Of a DNA stretch of 64,000 nucleotides, positions 1 through 8,590 are shown piece by piece. The position numbers and the translations under genes are program-made. Source of the stretch: Candidatus Bathyarchaeota archaeon (lineage in GTDB: Archaea; Thermoproteota; Bathyarchaeia; Bathyarchaeales; Bathycorpusculaceae); the NCBI GenBank assembly GCA_963768425.1, contig CAVYHV010000010.1, positions 1-64,000 of the forward strand, in the 5' to 3' direction. Each line of letters opens with the position of its first letter. Within the stretch, counting starts at the first letter, position 1. The notes under the pieces were generated by a model that did no database searches, was not told where the DNA came from, and saw only the letters and a program-made list of their open reading frames with translations.

Positions 1-213
1 TACGTTGATATTTACCTCAGAACCCGTTCACCATTCACGATTGGACTGGTAATTTTCGCATTCGTCTTTCTTGTAAGAGACTTAACTTCGAGTCCATTCA
101 TAACTTCGATGTACGGCTTTCGAGCTTATGGACTTGGACCATTCGCGTTCTTGCCGAGTCTCTTTGAGCTTGTCGCGTTGTCTGTGCTGCTGTACCTTAG
201 CGTGAAATATTAG
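1..213 (+). CDS. 3' end of small membrane protein (partial, starts before window)
   Basis: Frame 1 is open from base 1 (YVDIYLRTRSPFTIGLVIFAFVFLV...LSVLLYLSVKY) to TAG at 211-213; hydrophobic. Confidence 0.7.
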   Translation, partial: YVDIYLRTRSPFTIGLVIFAFVFLVRDLTSSPFITSMYGFRAYGLGPFAFLPSLFELVALSVLLYLSVKY

Positions 214-333
214 AAGAAGAACACAATCTAACGGTAGGTCGCCATACAGCACAAGTTTCAGCCGTAGCTTAGGGTGAATGTGGAAAAAACTATTAACCAG
301 TCAAGCGCAGATAGAAAAACGAGAAGATAAATA

Positions 334-968
334 ATGAGTCAAAACAATAGTTCTGACGTTTTACCCTTGCCTCCGCCGCCTTCTGCCGACAAAAGAAACA
401 TGAAAGTTGTCGCTTTAACGGTTGTCTGCATTATTCTGGCTGCCAGCTTGGTTGGTGTGCTTGTGGTTTATCCGCCGAATAATTCGAAAGCGCAGTTAAA
501 CGACAAAGAAAACTTGATCACCTCGTTGCAAACCCAAGTAGCGAATCTGACGAGCCAGTTGTCGTCTGCGAACACTGATAAGACAGCTGATGAAAACCAG
601 ATTACGTCGTTGAACACTGAGTTGACGAATTTGACTACCCAAATAAATTCCGCTTCAGTCATCATGACAATGCAGGCAACTCAAACTCTGGTTAGCTCAA
701 CTTCGGTAACTGCAACAAACTTCACTGATGTATTCGACAAGTCCCTTCCTTATCCTGGGTACGTAGCCGTACAAGCAACCTCGAACTCTACTACAGCTTA
801 CATACAAACAATTTATAGCTTATCCGGAGTTAACTACAACCAAAACGTTACCGTAGGAAAAACGGAACCGCTGCATTTCCAGTGCTACCAACCACCGTCG
901 AAATAAGGATAGGAAGCACTGACAAGACCGCATTCAACGCCACAGTAACAATAACTTACTACTACTAA
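334..968 (+). CDS. Membrane-anchored coiled-coil surface protein (frameshift near 866)
   Basis: N-terminal TM helix and heptad LQTQVANL/QITSLN repeats; an alternative frame continues GTAAFPVLPTTVEIRIG...TITYYY to TAA at 968. Confidence 0.7.
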
Positions 969-1122
969 CCCTTTCTTTTTTGATTAAAGACCACGACTTA
1001 TCCTCCGTAATCAATTCGGAGCAAAATCAGTTCCGACTATTGGAGCAGGGCAAGAAATAAATCGTCAATCAAACAAGTTTTCTTGGCTCTCGCGCGATCA
1101 AGATAGGGAAATTGCAGAATAG

Positions 1123-2070
1123 ATGCGACCTGAGAAAAACAGACTCCTAACAGTAATCCTCATAGCCGTAGCGCTAAATGTATTCACATTCGCCCTTGCT
1201 TTTCCAATAGCGTTCCAACTGCCGAAAGATTCGGTTTACGCAAGAGATTTTTCAGCCTACTACATAGGCGAATGGCGGCTCTTTCATAACCCAACTCAGA
1301 TTTATTATGGAGGCATCATACCGCATGATTTTCAAATTCTTCCCAGACCACAAACTTTCAAGTACACGCCTTCATTTTTAATTCTTTTCGCGCCTTTCCT
1401 CTCATTAAGCTACCCGAACGCCCTTGCCACCTTTGACATATTACAGTTCGCACTAATACCAGCCTTAGCTTTCTGCGTCTACAAATTGGTAAAAGACAAA
1501 AACATCATACTTGCCGCCGTCGCCTCAGTCATTATCGTGATAGAGCCTCTTCCTGCGTTTTCCATCAGCGACTCAACACTTAACCTTCTGGGAGTCCGCG
1601 TGGGAAGCTTGAATGCTCAATCTTTCTCGCCTAGCTACTTCAGCGGATACATGATGGGAAACGCTCATGTGCTCCAGACAACTCTTCTGGTAGCCGCGTT
1701 GTATTTTGGTTACACAAAGAAACCGTGGCTGTCAGCTTTGCTGTTCACTTTCGGCGCGTTTGACCCACGAGCTGCCCTCCTGGCGTTGCCGCTGCTAATT
1801 TGGTACAACAGACAAGTACTTACAAGATTTGCTGCAGGAACAGCGATTTTTCTCACAGCTTCAAATCTACCATTCTTCTTTTACCATGGCATAGGCTTCA
1901 ACTTCTTGCATGCAGAATTGAGCGGGAACATTCCCTACCAGATGTACCCGTACGACTGGATTCCCATCTACTCAATGGGTATTTTGACGATAATCGAAGC
2001 AGCAACAGTGTTAAGCAGCCGAGGAATTCACCTTAGGTTCCGGTTCACTCAAAATGGCAAAAACCCTTGA
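1123..2070 (+). CDS. GT-C type multi-TM glycosyltransferase (DUF2029/GT87-like)
   Basis: RDFSAYY motif after first TM, FKYTPSFLILFAP motif, many TM helices. Confidence 0.7.
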   Translation: MRPEKNRLLTVILIAVALNVFTFALAFPIAFQLPKDSVYARDFSAYYIGEWRLFHNPTQIYYGGIIPHDFQILPRPQTFKYTPSFLILFAPFLSLSYPNALATFDILQFALIPALAFCVYKLVKDKNIILAAVASVIIVIEPLPAFSISDSTLNLLGVRVGSLNAQSFSPSYFSGYMMGNAHVLQTTLLVAALYFGYTKKPWLSALLFTFGAFDPRAALLALPLLIWYNRQVLTRFAAGTAIFLTASNLPFFFYHGIGFNFLHAELSGNIPYQMYPYDWIPIYSMGILTIIEAATVLSSRGIHLRFRFTQNGKNP

Positions 2071-2155
2071 AAAATACAGACTAACACATGAGAAGTCTGA
2101 GAAAACAAAACATAGCGAATCTTTTCCTATTTCTCTTGGTTTCTTGCGACCAGTA

Positions 2156-3358
2156 TCATTCTTTGCGTATTACTTCGAAGCTGTGAGGGTTACCTTTTAG
2201 AATCCCTATGAGGTGAACAAAAGTATTCAATGTCACAGTGACGTAACTTAACAAGGCGCCAATTAGGCCCTGTTTCCACCCCATGGCTGTCCCGATTATG
2301 TAGGCTCTCATTCCAAGCCAGATAAATAGTGTAGAAACTATTAATGGGTAGAAAATAGACGGCAAAGCGATTATCCTCAAGTAGGTCAGAGGCAAGCCTA
2401 ACATCCCGATAAAATAAAGCCACAAACCTGAAAACCCTAAGACGCCTAACCTCAGCCTGTTTGGCAACGGAAGCATTTTATCTCTTAAAAGCGTCCATTC
2501 GCCCCAGAACCATCGTCGCCTCTGTTTCACTGCATCGCCCATGGATAACGGTGGAAGTATGATTACTCTTTCTTCGGAGTTGTAGATGTTAAAACCTAAG
2601 GCGAATGCTTTGTGGAAGTAAAATGCGTCTTCACTGCTTATCAGCTTCTCCTTTGGATTTTTAACAAAACTGCTGATGTCATAAGAAACGTTCTGGTCGA
2701 CTTTGCTGCTTATAACCGTTCCTTCACCGTGAGCCCAGAGCGGTTGTCCTAAATTAGTGAAGAAGTTGCAGAAGATTCCGCAAGCAACGCAACGTTCGTA
2801 ATCGATGATCGTGCTCCAAACTCCACCTACTTTGGGAGTGATAGTTCCGATTGAGATGTCGGCGTTAACCGTTAGGCCCTCTATTACGAAGCCAAGTGTG
2901 GGCACTGCGTCGTCGTCACCCTGAAGCAACATATAGTTGGAACTCAACTCGCCGTCAGCAACCATCTTCACGCGCAACCTGCGGGCATACTCCAAAGCCC
3001 GTGCTTTGTAGAGATCTTCGCATTCAAAGTCTTCCGGAACTACAACAACCCTATCGCAGACGTACTCGTCCTTATGGGTATCATATTCTTCAATAACCGC
3101 CCATGTCTCCACAGGAGCGGGAAGACTGTAGCCTTTAACAGTTTCAAAAGCCTTATTCACTGAGCGAAAATTCCCAATTGTCGGAATCTGAAAGATAATC
3201 TTCTCAATTTTCTTGTCAACTGACCCCTTCTCCTCAATAAGACGTCTTCTCCGCTGAATCTTAAAAAATTTCCCGAACAATAAAACCAAGAGGTATAAAA
3301 TTGGTGAAAGCCAAACCACCGAGATTACGTAAACGAGTATTTGCATTCCGCTCTTCAA
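2156..3358 (-). CDS. Membrane GT2 glycosyltransferase, Egghead/Bre-3-like
   Basis: YKARALEY, GDDD, SED and QRRRW motifs with flanking TMs. Confidence 0.8.
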   Translation of the reverse strand: MKSGMQILVYVISVVWLSPILYLLVLLFGKFFKIQRRRRLIEEKGSVDKKIEKIIFQIPTIGNFRSVNKAFETVKGYSLPAPVETWAVIEEYDTHKDEYVCDRVVVVPEDFECEDLYKARALEYARRLRVKMVADGELSSNYMLLQGDDDAVPTLGFVIEGLTVNADISIGTITPKVGGVWSTIIDYERCVACGIFCNFFTNLGQPLWAHGEGTVISSKVDQNVSYDISSFVKNPKEKLISSEDAFYFHKAFALGFNIYNSEERVIILPPLSMGDAVKQRRRWFWGEWTLLRDKMLPLPNRLRLGVLGFSGLWLYFIGMLGLPLTYLRIIALPSIFYPLIVSTLFIWLGMRAYIIGTAMGWKQGLIGALLSYVTVTLNTFVHLIGILKGNPHSFEVIRKE

Positions 3359-3737
3359 TCCTTAATTTGAATTCCGGCGGCTTCAAAGAAGGCTGCTGAC
3401 CTTTTCCTGAAGTAGGGTTGATTAGGTAAGCTACGCGAAGGCAATCGAGCATCTGCATACACCATCCAAACAACCCCGCTATTGTTTACATCCAGATTCT
3501 TTATAAGCCAATCGGATGGATACCAAGAAATGTTCTGAGCACTTGAGCAACCGCTGAAGAAGCGGACCGAGCCATAACTAGAAAAACATACTGTCAGCCT
3601 AAATCTACCCCAACTATACTGTCAATTAGCGTTCATTCCAGAATAAGTTAAAAACCTTATTCAGACTTTCACCCAAATTCATGCCAAACTTCAGAAAATA
3701 ATCAATACTAAGCGGCACAATAATTTAAGAACGAAGG

Positions 3738-3754
3738 GGCGCCGGGAATGGGAT
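3738..3754 (-). repeat. 17-bp copy of tRNA-Ser 3' end (att-like direct repeat)
   Basis: ggcgccgggaatgggat is identical to 4808-4824; a second degenerate copy (17/23) lies at 3876-3898. Confidence 0.8.
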
Positions 3755-3924
3755 CCTATCCCCAATTTACCAGTAAAACCTGTCGAGCCACAATTTGTCG
3801 AGGGGTTGGACCGGATTTATTGTCAAATTATTCATGAACTACATCTAAGCCCAAGAGTAAGTGCTCTTTCTAGAACTGGGAGTGTCAATTGAACCCATAT
3901 TTAATAGAATTGCGAATGTTAAGG

Positions 3925-4314
3925 TTATTTCAACAGAACTGCATTCGCTACATTTTTAAAGTGCAGATCGCCTGTTAGTATTTTTGACTTCATTTTATTT
4001 GCTGTCGCTAGTACGTAGGAATCGGCAAGCCCAAAATCCTTTTCCGTTTTTCGCATTTCAGCATGAAGTAACCCTGCATTTTTTGAAAGTTCTTCATCGG
4101 CATCTATGATCTGGGAATTGCTCAAGAGTAATGAATAGGCCACTTCAGCATCTTTTCCTTCTCTGGCTACTTTACTGACTAATTCTGCCAACGTTACGGC
4201 GCATGTGTAAACTTCCGTAGTTTCGTCCTCGAGAATTTCCTCAAGTTTGGCTCCTTTCTCACTGCCAATCATGTATTCTAGCCATGCCCATGCATCAACG
4301 ACGTAACTATTCAA
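3925..4314 (-). CDS. vapC: VapC PIN-domain toxin
   Basis: YVVDAWAWLEY, TLAE, GLADSYVLA and LTGDLHF PIN motifs; overlaps the antitoxin stop. Confidence 0.9.
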   Translation of the reverse strand: MNSYVVDAWAWLEYMIGSEKGAKLEEILEDETTEVYTCAVTLAELVSKVAREGKDAEVAYSLLLSNSQIIDADEELSKNAGLLHAEMRKTEKDFGLADSYVLATANKMKSKILTGDLHFKNVANAVLLK

Positions 4315-4507
4315 GCGCTTTCAACTCATCTTCGACGGTGAATGGCGTCATGCCTTTGAGTGCTCCAAAACCTTTCTTTCGACATTTCTTGACACTGATT
4401 TCCAAAAACTCATTTTCCTTAATTTTTTGCGTCTCCACTAATTCCTTCGGTAACGTCACAATGAGGGAACCGCCAACTCGGCGCGTCCTTGTTAAACACT
4501 TGGCCAT
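4307..4507 (-). CDS. vapB: AbrB/MazE-type antitoxin (VapB)
   Basis: RRVGGSLIVTLPKELV AbrB motif, directly upstream of PIN gene. Confidence 0.85.
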   Translation of the reverse strand: MAKCLTRTRRVGGSLIVTLPKELVETQKIKENEFLEISVKKCRKKGFGALKGMTPFTVEDELKALE

Positions 4508-4809
4508 ATTTTATCAGTGTAGAATTAAATTATACATTAGTTATACTTAGATGTTGCGTTAAAAGTTGGCAGGGAGGCAATATTAATCGGCTTCTGAGAC
4601 TTTGTTTAATTTGGCTTCTTCGATGCTAAAGACTTTTCACTCTCAAGCCGTAAAATATGTTAAACTTACTTTATATCGGTTGATACCTCCGAACTCGACC
4701 AAATCCACGCTTTTTTTCATTTATATTATCCATGTTTGGGAGACTCTGCGTTCCCCTTAAGAATTTGTTTTCTGCTATTTGCGATCACAAGCTGGCGCTA
4801 GTAAAAAGG

Positions 4810-4894
4810 CGCCGGGAATGGGATTCGAACCCATGCGGACCTTACGATCCACGGGCTCTCAAGGCCCGCGCGTTAACCACTCTGCCATCCCGGC
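4810..4894 (-). tRNA. tRNA-Ser(TGA)
   Basis: GCCGGGA...TCCCGGC-G acceptor, anticodon arm CGGGC-CTTGAGA-GCCCG, long variable arm, GGTTCGAATCC. Confidence 0.95.
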
Positions 4895-5032
4895 ACTGAC
4901 AAATCAACAGTTCTATTTCTCCCGCTCTTAAAATGTTTACCCAATGCTGCACTAAACAATAGCCTGTCGTTGCAATTAACAAAATCCGTAAAAGAAGCAA
5001 AGTAATTAACTAACGCTTAGCATTTTTCAAGC

Positions 5033-5429
5033 ATGGCAGCAAAACCAACAGTCATCGAGATTCCACAGGATATATTGGAATGCATTTACGCTGGAGCCAA
5101 ACAACTTTACCCCCGCGAAAGCTTCCTGCTTCTAAGAGGCAAAAAAAGCAAGGGAGTCATCAAAATAACAGATCTGGTTTTGGCGCCTTTTGCGGCTCAC
5201 GGAAACGGATTTGCTCATTTCAATCCATACATGTTTTCAGGCGACTTCTCATTGGTCGGCACAGTGCATTCCCATCCTTCAGGCAACATTTCACCAAGCC
5301 ACGTGGACATGAACTATTTTTTTGGCAGAATCCTAATGATTGTAGGGTACCCATTTGAAGGTCAAAACTGCATTGCTGCATACGATTCCAACGCTGACAA
5401 GATTACCTATTGAGGTAACTGCGCCTTAG
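5033..5429 (+). CDS. JAMM/MPN+ (Mov34) metalloprotease; last codons frameshifted
   Basis: Catalytic E (PRES) and HSHPSG..PS..D JAMM motif; alternative frame ends LPIEVTAP* at 5429. Confidence 0.85.
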
Positions 5430-5439
5430 GAAAAGATTT

Positions 5440-5812
5440 CTAAGTAAGATCCTGGAGTAATATTGCTCTTATAACTGCCAATTCGTATTCCCGCAAGAAA
5501 TCAAGAGCGAATTTGTCAGCGTTACCTTCCGTTCCCCGATGCATCTTATCGACCCCTTTGCTGCGCAAGATGATGATAAAACTCATGGATGATAACAAAT
5601 GGATTTGCCAACATGTCGCTGTTCAAAACTGAAATGGTTTGGTTTTTTGCAGTGTAGCATCCGAACAGCTTTTATCTTGTGTCCTTTTGGCAAACCAACT
5701 TTCAGTTTGGAACATTGACTTTGTAGTTTTTCGCCAGCAATGTAAGCGCCTCTTCGGTTTTTCCGTTAAGAATAAGCCAAACAACTAGTGGTTTGAAATT
5801 ATCCTGCGTCAT
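5440..5812 (-). CDS. Small zincin-like (HExxH) protein, several frameshifts, absent from ORF track
   Basis: Manual join: MTQDNFKPLVVWLILNG...GCYTAKNQTISVL...PFVIIHEFYHHL...RGTEGNADKFALDF. Confidence 0.65.
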
Positions 5813-5874
5813 CCTGCCGTCAGCAATACAAGATGTTGTGCTGCCTAATTAAGCCATCCAAAAAAAAACATCGG

Positions 5875-7129
5875 TTATTCGCCATAGGTGCCTCTTCGAA
5901 TTTTTTCAGCTAACAAATGAATAAACTCAATCGGCCAAACATCGTCGCAAACGTCATCCGTCAATATTTTCCTCTGATGATACATCGGAATCAAATCGTT
6001 CTTTAAGCAAAAGAATCAGAAATGAATTCGTGACCATAAGTTCGTTTGAACAAGGCGTATTTACGAGCTTGCGTTTTAGTCATTTCAAAATGAGGTTCAA
6101 GTACTATTTTTCTTCCATTAAGTTTTTTCTCCAAAATAAAATCAGGAGTATAAACTTCATTATTGGGCAATGGGAAAGCTTATGGTTTCATACCCGTATG
6201 GAATGTGCATTTTCAAAAGGACAAGAGCAGTTTTTTTCTCCCATCCGCTTTTGTAGCGGCTCATTTTTTGGTAATATGCTTGGGATTGCCCAGTTATTGT
6301 TTGCATGCGTTCAAGAAAATCAAGCGCTGTTTTCAACGTGTACCGGTTGAGGGTTTTTTGTCTTAAGCCATCTGCCTAAGAGGAAAAATGGATAATCAAC
6401 CTTCGCTGGGTCCTAAGGAAAGAGCCGTTTTGCAAAATCAGTTATTTTTTGCCGCGCATCTGCAGCTGTTCGTTCATCTCGCCAAAAAGACGGCGAAGCT
6501 GTCGGTATTAAACTTAAGCTCGCGGCAACATTTGCATTTTCCTTTGTTAATGGAACATAGAGGTCTTCTGGTAAGAGATGATCATAGATTTGCAGGTCAG
6601 GCTTGGGTCGCACCATCCAACGCATGTAAATCCATGCTTTATCCACATGCGGTCCGCTGAAAGCTTTGATGTTTTTGGTGATATCATCAATGAATTCGTT
6701 AGGCTTAGTGAATTTTTGAGCATATTTGAGTAGGTTTCTTTCAGCATTAATTTTAACAAACAAGTTAACTGACGCCAAAATTTCTGACGCTGCTTTCTTG
6801 TTTGGTCCCAAATCAGGAATAAAAATCGCATTTTACGATTTCTTCTTCAAAAATATGCCCTTTTTTTATTTCGAAAAGGGTGTTTCCGAAAGCTTCATGA
6901 AGATAACCAAGCAGCATTCGGGCGTTTTCAGGGTAACCAACCACTGTATCGTCAAGTATAGAGGCGATAACAGAAAGTAGTGGGCAATGATTTTGCTTTC
7001 TTCATAATTTTGCGAGTACGGGTTAAAAAGCAACCGTGGACTCATGCGTCTGTCCCATTGAACGTCGGCGACATCAGAGTTTTTATTGATGAAATCTACA
7101 AGTAAAGATAGCACTTCGTCGGTTGCCAT
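5875..7129 (-). CDS. DUF2400/HhH-glycosylase-like domain fused to a T7 endonuclease I-like PD-(D/E)XK domain; broken by several indels and one in-frame TAG
   Basis: WIYMRWMVRPKPDL, LYVPLT, DPAKVDYPFFLLG; then RYKSGWEKKTA...IPYGYE...YTPDFIL...IVLEPH. Confidence 0.6.
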
Positions 7130-7328
7130 AGCTCTTCTTTCCGAATCCCATATATGCATCAGTTCCTTAAAACCACTATCATTACAAGCAACCATAACCA
7201 AACAAAAGAATCTGCAGTTTTTTGAACACAGGAAAATAGATTAATAGAAGCGGGAATTTCCAATTGCAGCACAGCCACTAAGACGAAGCACCTATATAGG
7301 AAAACACCGTAAAAAGATAAGCAATCGT

Positions 7329-7403
7329 GGGCCGGTCGTCTAGCCTGGTTAGGACATCTGCTTGACGTGCAGAAGGTCGCCGGTCCGAATCCGGTCCGGC
7401 CCA
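7329..7403 (+). tRNA. tRNA-Val(GAC)
   Basis: GGGCCGG...CCGGCCC-A acceptor, TCTGC-TTGACGT-GCAGA anticodon arm; T-loop reads TCCGAAT. Confidence 0.92.
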
Positions 7404-7586
7404 TTCAAATCCACTTAGGAAAAGTACGAACCCTCTAGAGAGGCTCAAACGTGGATAGGTTTATTGAGATTGTTTTTCCCCGTCCAATTTTTGCGCCTTA
7501 TCCAATGTAAGCAAAAGGCAGACAAAACGAGTTTTGAAAAGGTCGAAAATGATATAAACAGTTTTTGTCCTACTGGTTACTGTGGT

Positions 7587-8042
7587 ATGATGGCTGAAAA
7601 GCTGGATGGCGTAGATAGAAAGATTTTGAACATGCTTCAGAATGATGCGAGGGTTTCTTTTTCTCGAATAGCAGTTGAAGCTGGCGTAAGTGAAGCCACC
7701 GTTAGATACCGGGTTAAGCATCTGGAGAAAAACAATGTAATAAAGACGTACACTACGCTGTTGAACCCTGCGAAAGTTGGTTTTTCAACTACAGGCATCA
7801 TGATGGTTAAACTTGACCCGGCCATGTTTGAGCAGGCCGCCAAGCAAATAGGCGATTTAGCCGAAACATACCACGTTTTCCAGAACACGGGCGAATACGA
7901 CATCGTTTCCGTCGTGCACACTCGCGACCTTGAGCATTTGGGCGAACTCAGGAAGAAGGTACAGTCGTTTGCGGGTGTGAGGGAAGTTACTGTTTCGGCA
8001 GCTACGCGGATTGTGAAGATCAAGACTTCTTTCGACCTCTAA
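7587..8042 (+). CDS. Lrp/AsnC family transcriptional regulator
   Basis: LDGVDRKILNMLQNDARVSFSRIA...SEATVRYRVKHL; TGEYD in RAM domain. Confidence 0.92.
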   Translation: MMAEKLDGVDRKILNMLQNDARVSFSRIAVEAGVSEATVRYRVKHLEKNNVIKTYTTLLNPAKVGFSTTGIMMVKLDPAMFEQAAKQIGDLAETYHVFQNTGEYDIVSVVHTRDLEHLGELRKKVQSFAGVREVTVSAATRIVKIKTSFDL

Positions 8043-8223
8043 CCAGACTTGCGAATTTCGAGAAAAAAGATGTGTTTTTTATCGTAAACCGAAACATTTT
8101 ATAGCTGCCTTTCAGAACTGTTGTTCAGGGGTTTTCCATCCAGAACCCAAAGGAAGGAAACATATTGAACAACAACCAAAATAACAAACCAAGACTGGTA
8201 ACAGTCTGCAAGAGGAAAAGCAA

Positions 8224-8421
8224 TTGAAGTGGTATTATTGGCTTATCATAGCCATCTTAGTTGTTGTGGGAATTTCCACATTAATTCCAGCACCTGGAAG
8301 TCCAACAAACTTAATCGGGTACTCATCGGTAGATCCAGCTGCGCCGATAAGCGGATTAATACTCTGGATTATCGCAGGGGCAATCTACTGGTTTGGAAAA
8401 AGAAAGGAAAAGAAACCATAA
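8224..8421 (+). CDS. Small two-TM membrane protein
   Basis: Two hydrophobic segments and basic C-tail. Confidence 0.65.
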   Translation: MKWYYWLIIAILVVVGISTLIPAPGSPTNLIGYSSVDPAAPISGLILWIIAGAIYWFGKRKEKKP

Positions 8422-8590
8422 TTTCCCTACTTTTCAGGTATATCTCGAAAGTGTGTGTCAATTAGTGAATGATTCCAAACCGCTTGTCACAGTGCGGAAA
8501 AAAATAAAGAAGGCAGTTCAGCGCTTTACGTTTTCTATGTGTTATAAACCTAAAAAAGAAGGGGGAAAGTTGTTTTGTTCGTCTTTTTGT

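Noticed and set aside
6413-6415. In-frame TAG as pyrrolysine or readthrough
   Set aside because: It lies in the most error-dense stretch of the window, and no pyl genes are visible.
7159-7404. ORFs antisense to tRNAs and housekeeping genes (e.g. 7159-7404, 27725-27958, 24325-24981)
   Set aside because: These are shadow ORFs of real features on the opposite strand.
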